NCBI GenBank assembly: GCA_026023565.1
Contig: JAPETS010000003.1
Location: forward strand, 124,001 to 188,000
Length of the DNA: 64,000 nucleotides
Source of the DNA: Cirrosporium novae-zelandiae
Lineage: Eukaryota
Direction: 5' to 3'
In this document: in pieces, positions 13,032-23,687 of the stretch
Layout: every line of letters starts with the position of its first letter
How positions within the stretch are numbered: the stretch's first letter is position 1
Notes under the pieces: generated by a model
Told to the model about the DNA's origin: nothing
Seen by the model: only the letters and a program-made list of their open reading frames with translations
Databases searched by the model: none
Position numbers and translations under genes: made by a program

Positions 13032-14187
13032 ATTGTATGATTTTGGGTATAGTCTAGATAAAAGCACCAAGCTTTTACAGTAAAAGATACACATAAACAT
13101 TGTTATAAGCCACTTGCATCATTTGGAGCGTTAGTACAACGGCCCCTTAATAAGGCGGAGCTTATCATGAAAAAGTCTTTATCGAGATCATTTGATAGAG
13201 ACGACATGCAGAGATAGTAGGTAGATGGTTGGATCAATACACACATCACGAAGAGGGATGAATATAATACAATCTGGAAAATACATGTAACGTAAGTCAC
13301 CTAGAGAGTTGGTCAGCTACAGAAAAATGCATTTCCTGCATCCTGAAGCGAGTACTCGAGATCCTTCTCCAACCCTGAAATGCGGTTTGTCAATTCCTTA
13401 ATGGTTACCTGGTTCTTGGACTCTATAGATGCTACACATATAAGTGCATTTCGAGTAGGGGAGCTTGGCCCGGATACATTCCCTTGGCCAACCATTTTTT
13501 TATTTTAATTAAAATCTTAATACGAGTTTCAACAAAATACTTCATGCAGGCCTCAGTTGGAAGGTTAGTTGGGACCTTGGTCAAGATCCTAACATACGTC
13601 ACAGTCAAAAGATTAGCAAAATAAATATCCAAGAATGGTTTTGATAAACAAGTAAATATTATTAATAAATAGAAGAAATATCAAATCTCCGATCGCTCGA
13701 GTTGTGAAAATAAAAATATATTATCATAGCTTATGTTGATAAAACATGGTTGGTAAAGTAAATCTCGCAGAAAACGGATTTTGGAGTGTGGGTATCCCTA
13801 CTAAGTTAACAAATAAGAATGGTGGAAGCCCAATCATAAAAACCCCAATGGTGCTTTGTTTTATCACTCTCTAGAATTATCACCTTCCGCCTGGTTAGAT
13901 TTATCCAAATTTCCTCTTTCATGCCTTGTACAGCCAGAGGGATGCTTCGGGCATGCCTCTCATAAATTATTCTATGGCTAGCCCTCTCAATACTTCACTC
14001 ATCCGATTTTACTGTCCCAGTGGTCATGCACGAACGCAGATCTCATGTATTTATATCTCAAAACATGAACAATTTCTGCTGTATGAAAGGACGCTGTTTA
14101 AACGCAAATGCCCATTCTTCTAGCATTTTTTACTGCTATTCTTCATTTGTCATTTCATATACCAGAAATTTGTATACACCTGTGTCA

Positions 14188-15133
14188 ATGCTTCCATTCC
14201 CTACTCCTCTATATACATGCGAGCTATGTTTACAACAATTTACAACCAAAGCAGATAGAAGGCGTCATTCCACGCCCTATATAGCGTGCCCAGAATTTGG
14301 TTGTGATACCAAGTATCGCAAGGATAAATGGAAGGATATGAAAACTCATATCGAGAAAGCACATCGTGCACTATCTGTCGAACAATCTCAAGTGTATTTC
14401 AAAGGTAAGCTCCACCCGCAATTTCTTATCACAGATATGCACTATCCTATACTTAGGATTAACAAGATCGATACTGCATATATGCAGAAATAATTTTCTA
14501 CAGATGTGTGATGAATAACGATAAGCTGACGGCTAAAAAGCTCTATGTCCTGCTCTACAACCTGTGACAAACCTCTGCCCAAGGAACCGGCGAGGAAGTT
14601 CTCGCGTACCGAAGGCAGCATCAACGACCAATACCAATCCCTCTTCGTCCAATTCTCCCAATGTCCATTCTCCCGGAAATACTTTAATCGTACCGCCATC
14701 CCAGACCGGCGGCCTTAATATGGTTGATCCTGCCTCTTTGCAGAGGCCCAATCCCACCTCTGCTTTTACGAATCAGGATAGCCAGATTCTCCTAGGCGTC
14801 TGTGACAATACTCTGCAGGAGTATATCATCGGACACAACACTGTACTTTCCTCTTATATTAACTTCGCACTCCAAAATTTCGAGTTATGGTTGGCATATC
14901 TTAACGATCATAATACCGTTGACTATTCGTCCATTGACCACCTCACCAATGTCAGGGACCATGCCCAACAGAGTTTTGTTTTACTAAACCGTCCCATGAC
15001 TTTGGTTTTTACTGGCTTCGCACACAAATATTCTGATTTATGGTGGGAATATGTGAACAGGAGTACACTTCCTTTAGTGGGAAGTGATTATCAAACTACG
15101 CCCCCCGAAGGGGATGATACCGGATTCCCCTAA
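14188..15133 (+). CDS. C2H2-like zinc-finger protein, 2 exons
   Basis: YTCELC-x12-H and CPEFGC...HIEKAH; intron 14405-14540 (GTAAGC..CTGAC..AAG) places exon 1 in frame with ORF 14564-15133. Confidence 0.55.
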
Positions 15134-15871
15134 TCACAACGTGGGTGGTGATGAGGGATAGCCAGGCTATTGGGTGTTGCTAGAGGGGGGCTTGCTGAGG
15201 AGATGGTATAGAAAGAAGGCCAAAATGATAACATGATTCTCTTGGATAAATCTGTGAATGAAGGACGAAATTAACGACGCAATGAATGATAACTGATTTT
15301 TGATTTTATATGAGCCAATTTACTTCTTTTATCTACCCTTGTCCCCTAAAAGATTGTAGGAGTGATAGAGACCATTCCCTTTGTTCTATATCAATGTATC
15401 GAACCACGGCGCAGGAATAGCTAGCATAGCATGTCGCGCAGAGGTTTGTGAGCAGCATAACAATGAAAAAAAGATGATACATTTTTGAGAGTAACCTATT
15501 TCTTGCCATCAACACACCAGGGAAAGGTTCAAGGGAAATGAATGACCCCACTCCTCACCCCTCCCTCACTTCTCCTCGAGTCTGACAATAAAAACATCAA
15601 TAGTGACGGCTATTCCTCTAACTTTCCACAGCTTATGCCCACACTCTCATCTACCCTCACCTCATCCTACTAAATTGTCCCACTTGATAAAATCAACTAC
15701 CATGACAGTTTCTTCCTTTTTCCTTTAGTCACCTTGCCTCAAGGTCCATCGCATCATACCGCAGTAAGTACTGTATTCTGCTATAAGGCCATCAAGACTG
15801 ACTTGATCTTCGTTTGAAACCGCATAAAGGACTCTTTGAAGAGACGCTAACCAGCATCCAGGTGTTCCAAG

Positions 15872-17059
15872 ATGATCAGATTCAACGACTTTCCACGCGA
15901 ACTTCGCGACATGGTATACCATCTTTGCTTATACCGCGGCTCTATCCATCCCCACCGCACCAGGAAGCGCTATGTCTATGACGCTCCCATCGTCGAGATG
16001 AGAGATGATTTGGACGATGAAAGCAACCACTCCGGAGATGAGTCTATCACCACCATTCCAGACTCCATCGAAGAAGTACAGTCAGAGTGGTATGATTCTG
16101 ACCCCGTGAACTTGGCCGTACTGGGTCTTGACCGGGCAACCAGAGCAGAAGCTCTGGAGGTCTACCTTGGCAAGAACCTCGTCGTTTTCGGATGCACCAC
16201 ATACATGTGCGACAACAAAGATAACTACCAATGCCACAAATTTTTCATGACCGACGAACGGCTCAAATACATGAAGAGGTTGCAGCTGGATTATACCTAC
16301 CTTGAGCTCACGACAGAAGACCGCCATGAGATTGACGTCTACAGCATGAATTCGCTAAACTTTAGTGAGCAAGGATATCTGGGACACTCTGAAGAAGAAC
16401 GCCACAGGACCCTTCATAAAAACCGTAGGGCCGGACTGATTCACTGTGTGGCCGTCAGAATCGGCTGCTTGTTTCACTACACAAACCAATCACTCCTCTG
16501 CAATTTAAACCAAGTCGTGTTAAACATAGCCACCGCATTCTGCCCAGATCTGTGCTGCCGCCCCCTCCAGTCCGTAATACTCAACGACTTTGTGGATATC
16601 TACCGTCTTCTACTCAAAGGGGGCGGAAAGAGAAGAACCCTGTCGGTATCGGGTATCATATGCGGCGACGACGGAGAATTGCTCCAAGAGCAGTTTCACG
16701 ACAAATTCGAAACCACATTTCGCGGTGGTGTAAAGGACATCGAACGTGACTATGGGGTATACGATCCTGTCAAAGAGGAATTGCTGCCACCCAAACCACC
16801 ATTGCAAAAGTGCTACATTTTGAAGCTGACGGTCCCGGATAAAAAGACAATCTCCAAGCGCAGAGCAAAGATTCCACGTATGAGAGATGTGGAGGAGCTT
16901 CCATGTGTGGAAGATGATGAACCTCTTCCATGTATGGACGATTGTGGTTATGAGCCTTCATGTATAGGCGACGACTTCGTGAGTCCAATCTCGGAATCAT
17001 CAAGCAATCTTGAAGAAGAGTTCCAAGGATATCTGAAGGAGTATACAGAAAGTACTTGA
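15872..17059 (+). CDS. hypothetical protein with an N-terminal F-box-like motif
   Basis: 395-aa ORF beginning RFNDFPRELRDMVYHLCL (the LPxELRxxIY fungal F-box-like/2EXR-like pattern), later LGLDRATRAEALEVYLGKN. Confidence 0.65.
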   Translation: MIRFNDFPRELRDMVYHLCLYRGSIHPHRTRKRYVYDAPIVEMRDDLDDESNHSGDESITTIPDSIEEVQSEWYDSDPVNLAVLGLDRATRAEALEVYLGKNLVVFGCTTYMCDNKDNYQCHKFFMTDERLKYMKRLQLDYTYLELTTEDRHEIDVYSMNSLNFSEQGYLGHSEEERHRTLHKNRRAGLIHCVAVRIGCLFHYTNQSLLCNLNQVVLNIATAFCPDLCCRPLQSVILNDFVDIYRLLLKGGGKRRTLSVSGIICGDDGELLQEQFHDKFETTFRGGVKDIERDYGVYDPVKEELLPPKPPLQKCYILKLTVPDKKTISKRRAKIPRMRDVEELPCVEDDEPLPCMDDCGYEPSCIGDDFVSPISESSSNLEEEFQGYLKEYTEST

Positions 17060-18287
17060 GAAACCTTGATATTAGAAAGGTATGGATGGATAGGGGATAC
17101 AAGTATATCACCAAAAAAAGTGGAAGCAAAGGAAATAAATACCTGTGTTGTGTTTCGATTTCAGATACCCCCCCAATCCCATCCAAGATGAATTGGTTAT
17201 CATTGATAGGACACACTCACAGCCTTCTTCTTCCTTGCCTATAAACATTCTTGGTTTTGTAAACAAGATACCTAGGTTAGTTTCCTTTATCAAAAAAAAA
17301 AAAAAGGAAGATTATTCTACCCCCTTTTTTTTTTCGTCCATTTATTTATTTATGGCTTTGTTGTGTATGTGTATATGTATGTGTGTTTATCCATGTATAC
17401 GTATTTATCCATATATAAACATTTCGAGTGAGTGCCTACCACCTACCGCTTAATTGGAGTAGTTATAGTAGTAAGGTAAGTAAACGATCTACCTACCTAG
17501 CTAGTCTATTAAAAAAGCTTCAATTTTTTAAAACATGGGGGTGGGGGGGGAGGGAGGGGGTCCAAGGGGTTACTTATAGTTCGTTCGTTCGCATAGTAGT
17601 CTATTTAAGTTAATAAGTTAGTACATTTATCTACCTAGATATATAACGCTTTTCAATAAAAATAAAAATAAAAAAACCACCAAGTTAGATTTATCTGGAC
17701 CTCAAAAGAAAAAAAAAGTGAACTTTTAAAAAGAAAAAAAGAAAAGAAAAAAAGACCCTTTGTTCAAAACAAAAAAATCCAGTTTTTTCATATATATATA
17801 TATATATTAGTAGACGACCTAGGTTACCTAGGTAATTATTCCATCAACTGGATTTTTTTTTTATTTTGCGCTTTAAACTTTAGATTAGGCAATTCCCCTT
17901 CTCCTTCCCTTCCCAAAGATTCAACTTTTATCTAGATTTTTTAGGAGCTTTCAATTTTTTAATGTTATTATTATTAAGCGGCCCCGGGCTGGCTAGCTAG
18001 CTGTAAATCTTTTTAAATATATGCGAACGAACTCAGCAAGCAAGCAAGCAAGCAATCACACCCTTGCTTGGGCTTTTTGTTTAGATGGATTTAAAAAAAA
18101 AAGAAAAAAAAATTGGTTATATCTAAGCCAAGTAGTAGGTTAGTAGGTAGGTAGGTAGGTAGGTAGGTAGTTGGGGTCTTGAAAACATGAATGATTAAAA
18201 ATTTTAATAGATGATTATTATTAAAAATCTCCTACTCTTCCTCCTTCTCCTTCTCCTCTCCTTCCAACAACAATCCCACAGAGGGGG

Positions 18288-19400
18288 TCATAAAGCATCC
18301 TCCCCCGATATCTGAGCATGCTTAAAATACTTCATCCCGACCCAAGCCACAATAACCCAGACCCAAGCCATGACGCCAGTCAAAATAATTAATGGAGGGT
18401 AATAGCCCACGATGGGAAGGGTGGGATCGTCTTCGAGTTCGGGGGGTGCATAGGGAGTCTCCCCGACATCCCACGCCCAGCTCCAAACCCCCAGACAGCT
18501 ACCCATGCCGACCACGAATACAATCCAGGTGACAAGCAATATAATCCAGCCCCACCATTCTGTGTCTGAGTAATCCCATTCTTCGGTGGCGACAGAGATT
18601 TCCGAGTGGTTTGTGGCGAGGGGTGACCGGACCCGGTGGTCGGGTTTGGGGCGGGGGAGAAAGTCCGGTTGTTTGGGGAAATAGGAGTCGGGGGAGGTGG
18701 AGGGGGAGGTGTCTCCGGAGGTTATGACGGTGGATTTTATTGGGTAATGTGGAAATGGGACGAGGTCGTCCTCATCGGTGCTAGAAACATCGAGTTGGGT
18801 AGGACTGATGAGGGAATTAGGAGAAGTCATGGAATTTGTTCCTGTTATGTTCATGTTCGTGTGTAGGGAGGGAAGCGTTCCATTCGTATATGTATATTTT
18901 GTTGGGTCGAAGCTCGGTCTCGGTGTGGCATCGTCGTCATGTATTCCCAGTCTGGGGAAGGTAAAGCCGTTGTAGACGCTGGCTTTCGGGGTTCCATCAA
19001 ATCTTCCTGGAGCAGCAGTCCGTACCTGATCCAGGGTAGAGCGTCTTTCCCTTCCGTCTCCACGAAGGCGTCCGGTGCCCAGCAAGGCCGCCTTCCTCAA
19101 TGATCCTTTACGTCTTCTGGTCTTCTTCTCTTGATATAATGCAGATGCAAGTGCGGTTTTTCGAGGCGGTGGGTCCGCCCCATCATCATGGCCGTCATAA
19201 CTGTACGGAGCATTGCCATCCTGCGCAATGTTCTCCTGGCCACGCAAAAAAGGGAGCTTGGCTAGCAAACTTCCCGAAATGCTCCTCTTGTGTCCTGGTA
19301 CCTTCTCCTTTGCTCTTCCATTGGTCACGTCCTCCGAAGTCTGGCGGTTATGGCGGGGCTCGCTGTCGCCAGTCGCGACGTGGTTTCCATCCCCAATCAT
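18288..19400 (-). CDS. PIG-Y/Eri1-domain protein (GPI-GlcNAc transferase subunit) with a long disordered N-terminus
   Basis: C-terminal two-TM unit WWGWIILLVTWIVFVVGM...YYPPLIILTGVMAWVWVIVAWVGMKYFKHA is typical of the PIG-Y family. Confidence 0.75.
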   Translation of the reverse strand: MIGDGNHVATGDSEPRHNRQTSEDVTNGRAKEKVPGHKRSISGSLLAKLPFLRGQENIAQDGNAPYSYDGHDDGADPPPRKTALASALYQEKKTRRRKGSLRKAALLGTGRLRGDGRERRSTLDQVRTAAPGRFDGTPKASVYNGFTFPRLGIHDDDATPRPSFDPTKYTYTNGTLPSLHTNMNITGTNSMTSPNSLISPTQLDVSSTDEDDLVPFPHYPIKSTVITSGDTSPSTSPDSYFPKQPDFLPRPKPDHRVRSPLATNHSEISVATEEWDYSDTEWWGWIILLVTWIVFVVGMGSCLGVWSWAWDVGETPYAPPELEDDPTLPIVGYYPPLIILTGVMAWVWVIVAWVGMKYFKHAQISGEDAL

Positions 19401-19971
19401 CTTCTTGCGACATACTCAATTTCAATCTCGCGCATTTGAGCTTTTAGTAGATGGGGGAAATTAAGCTGAGCCATAAGTTTGATTCATTCTCGATTTTTAT
19501 CGCAATTGAATGGGCCGTTTCCTCGAGGGCGTTTGTTTAAGCAGTTTGCGAAATCTGAGCGTAATATCATGAGGCTCGAGCGGTGCCAGAGCGTTGCAGA
19601 ATGGGTGGAAGCACCTTGAGGTCTATTTATCTTGCTGGTGCTCAAAATATATTGATAATTCAATCGGGAGAACTGGTGGATGTTGAAAGCGAAAGAACAA
19701 ATAACAAATTTGGAGCGAAGAAAAATGCAAAAATGCAAAAATGCAGGTTGAAAGCAATCAGATCCTTGCCAAGAAGTTGTCCAAAGTTGTCTTCCAACCC
19801 ACGTCAAAATACCACCTGGCGACGACAAGGTCCTCAAAGGGCCAACGGATTATATCTAACCAACCGAATATCCCCTGACACTTTGCGTTATCTGGCAATT
19901 GAATTCTTTATCAACATTGGAAAAGGATCTACAGACAGATGTACTAATTAGCATCAAGTCACTGGGCCACC

Positions 19972-21544
19972 ATGGCCGCCTCAAACCTTCCCATCCCTAT
20001 TCCCCCCCGAACCCCCACACCTCCTTCTGACGATGAACCATCATCTGCTGGCTTGGGTGTAGAAGGTCTCTCGATGTCTCCGCCAAAGATTGTCTTTGAC
20101 GAGAATTCCCTGTCTCCTATGGTAGACACCTTTCCATTCCACTCGAACCATGGCCACGGACACGGACACACACATGGACATCACCCGTCTACATCCTCCA
20201 ACTTGTCCATCAACCCATTGAGCCCGTCTTTGTATGGTTCTCTATCGGAAAGTACGAACAACAATGCTTCAGAGGGCAACAATGGACCTTTCAACTTCCA
20301 GCCTACTGTGCTTGCCAAATCCCCCGTCATAAAATCAGTATGCCGCTTTCTTCTCCTCGTTTTATCACGATGCTAACGATACGAAACAGGGCATTGGCCA
20401 AAGGCGAGGTCATAAATACAAGCACAGCAGTGTTTCCCATCAGATCTTCCTTGAACCTCCTCCGCGAGCTCCTCTAGCCCTACCAAACTCCCTTCCAATC
20501 CCTACATTCAAGGAATGCAAGCGCAGCATGTCCGTTGAACAGAAGACGAGGTTCTGGTGGTCTGTCTGCCACATGTTGGTGGCGGGCTACACGCTGTGGA
20601 GTGCGCAAGGATCGTTGGCTCTCACCGCCTTGTCACACCTGATACTATACGATTCATTAGGAGCTTTAGTATGTGTAACGGTGGACGTGCTCTGCAACTT
20701 CGAAGTGTGGTCACGCTCCTCAATCCGCCACCCCTTTGGGCTTGCACGCGCCGAGGTGCTGGCCGGATTCGCAATGTCGGTTCTCCTGCTCTTCATGGGC
20801 ATGGACCTAATCTCCCACAACCTAACTCACCTCCTCGAATCCCTGCACGATCACGAACCCCACCGCACCCATCCACACTCGCGCATCTCAGCCGGAAGCG
20901 TGGACCTCGCATCTCTCCTCGCGATAATCGCCACCCTCATATCAGCCTTTGGCCTAAAAAACCACGCCCGCATAGGAAAAGCCCTCCAATTCACCCCGAT
21001 ATCCACCCTCCCATCGCTCCTCAGCAATCCCTCACACCTCCTAACCCTCTCCTGCAGCGGGCTCCTCCTGATCCTCCCCCTCCTCTCAATCGAAATGTAC
21101 AACTCCCTCGACAAGGTCATATCCTTTACTGCCGCAAACTTCATGTGCATCCTTGGCTTCCGACTCGCAAAGGTTCTAGGCTCTATGCTCCTAATGAGCG
21201 CCCCTACCGGAAGTGAAAACGGCACCGGAATCGCAGATCTCCTTCGAGATATCCAACACGATCCATGCGTCATGGCTGTCGAGGACGCCAAGGTCTGGCA
21301 GGTGCATTACGGACTGTGCATGGCGAACTTTAAACTCCGCGTCAAGAGGAGCGCGGCCTCGGGCATGGTGAGTTTGGGTTCTGGTTCGGGATCAGGGTCG
21401 GGGAGTATGGGCATGGAGGAGAATTTTGTGAGGCTAAGGGATAAGATTTCGAGTCTGGTGAGGAATCGGCTTGGGGGTGGGTATGGAAGCGGGAGGGGCC
21501 AGAAGTGGGAGGTTTCTACCCAGTTGACTATTGAGCAGGCGTGA
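19972..21544 (+). CDS. ZRG17: cation diffusion facilitator zinc transporter subunit (Zrg17-like), 2 exons
   Basis: intron 20338-20389; RRGHKYKHSSVSHQIF, LTALSHLILYD, SSIRHPFGLARAEVLAGFAMSV, His-rich loop, VWQVHYG. Confidence 0.82.
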
Positions 21545-21900
21545 CGGGGGTTGTTATGTGCGTATGTATGTATTTCTGTATAAGTATGTATGTATAGATG
21601 ATAGATGAATAGATTTGTGAGATGTCTCGATTCGCATGTAAATATATATATATGCCCATGTAATTAACCCTAGCGCGTAATGGATACATCTACTCGTATA
21701 TACATTTCCGCATACACTTATAGTATGAAATACCAAATACCAAGCACACCTACGACAATTGAATTTGAATTATACTTGGAATATTTATCTTTATTACCAT
21801 CTCTATATCCCTATTTATTTATCCCATGCCTATACCTATGCCTATGCCTACCTTTAAGGTTGAAGTAGATAAAGCGCTGTTGTTGGTGGTGGGATGAATA

Positions 21901-21936
<36 letters not shown>

Positions 21937-23127
21937 TGTATTGGTTTATTAGGGGAATAAAAGGTAAAAGGTAAAAGGTAAAAAGTAAAAGGGAGGTTGG
22001 GTGAGGTTTGGAGTCCTAGAGTAACGTCTAGAGAGAGAGAGAGAGAGATCCATAAGATTAATTGAATAAGTGAGGGGATAGTCTAGTTTGGGATAGTCTA
22101 TGTCATGAAAGAAAAAGAAAGGAAGGAAAAGAAAGGGTTCAGATAGTTCTATATATGTACTGTACACATATATATATATATATATGCAACATCAAAATTT
22201 ATACATAGTTGTTACGGATACCAAGCCACATACATGTGACCCTAGGTCATATGACCCATTGTATATAGATCCTCACCTTGCACCTTAGACCTAGCCTCGG
22301 CAGTCATCGAATACCACACCAGTTATACACCTAGATTGAGCCTCATAGAGCCCCATATCATAGGCGTCGTAACAATAGTCTATATATATCCACTTTTTTT
22401 TTTTTTTTTTTTTTTTTTCTTTGGTGGAAGTTTACTTTTTTCTAGACCTTTATTCATTTGGGTATTTTTTAATTATTTGGTTGTTTTGTTTGGGGTATTT
22501 GTTTTTTTGTTTTTTTGTTTTTTGGGGGGAGAAGGGAGAAGGGAGAAGGGAGGGAATAGATGAGAATGTATATATATATATATATATATAAAATAAAGAA
22601 GGGAAAATGTTTGGATTAATTGGGTGGTTGGTTAGTTGGGTTTTGGAGTTTGGAGTCTGTCTGTCTGTCTGTCTAAAGAAGAGGGGGGAGAAAGACTTGA
22701 GATCTAGGGGATTGGAGGAGTTGGTGAGTGAGTGAGTGGGTGGTTTAAGGTGGTGGTGCTATGAAGGAGGGAAGTAATAAAAAAAAAGAAATACACCTAC
22801 ATTTACACCTACTCGCCTTTTAACATTCATTCATTTATTACTCCCTACCCTTCTTACCCTCACCCTCACCCTCTCCCTCTTACTATTATTACCCCCTCAC
22901 ACTCCTAACCCCCTAATCTACTCTTACCATCTTACCGTTTTCCAACACAACACAACAATAACCAAGTTATAAGTTTACTAGTAGAATCCATATCCATATC
23001 CATATCCAATCCATCTATCCTTAATATTGGACTTGGTAATTATCGGATATATCCCCCAACGTCCCTTTTTTTTTGGTTTTTCTTGGTTGGTTGGTTGGTT
23101 AGATGTGGGAAGAAGAAATGTATGAGA

Positions 23128-23150
23128 GGGGGGGGGGGGGGGGGGGGGGG
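23128..23150. repeat. poly-G tract (about 23 nt) within a microsatellite-rich intergenic block
   Basis: directly visible; neighbouring (TATG)n, (GA)n, poly-T and (TA)n runs between 21.55 and 23.65 kb. Confidence 0.85.
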
Positions 23151-23687
23151 AAGAGATGTGAGATGTGAGGAAGGGGTGAGAGAGAGAGAGAGAGAGTTGA
23201 GGGGGAAGAAAGAAAGGGATAGATGATGGATAAGTCGATTTTGTATTTTGTGTTTTTAGATTTGGGGTTTTTATATATATATATTCGTTAATTAGATGTA
23301 TAATATGATGGGATAGGATAGGATAGGATACAATCTACCATCATTAACAGAAAAGACCGAGATACGAAATATCAAATAAGAAATTTAATCCCCCCCCCCA
23401 TCTAAAGCGAAACATAACCTACAGTACCTAAATAGTTCAGGTAGTACCAAGATCAAGAAATAGATATCTTATATAGCTACTCTTCTTTTTTTTTTTCCTT
23501 CCTTTCTCTTTTTGTTCCTTCTCCCTACCCTATTAGCTACCAACTACCCCTCAACTATCAAAAATAAAATAATGCAAAAAAAAAAAAGAGTTCAAAAATT
23601 CAAGATTACTTTATCCAAATACCAAGAACAAGAACCCCCCTTACCCCTTACCTCCCCTCTCTAACCCAACCCAACTCCTCAAACCCC

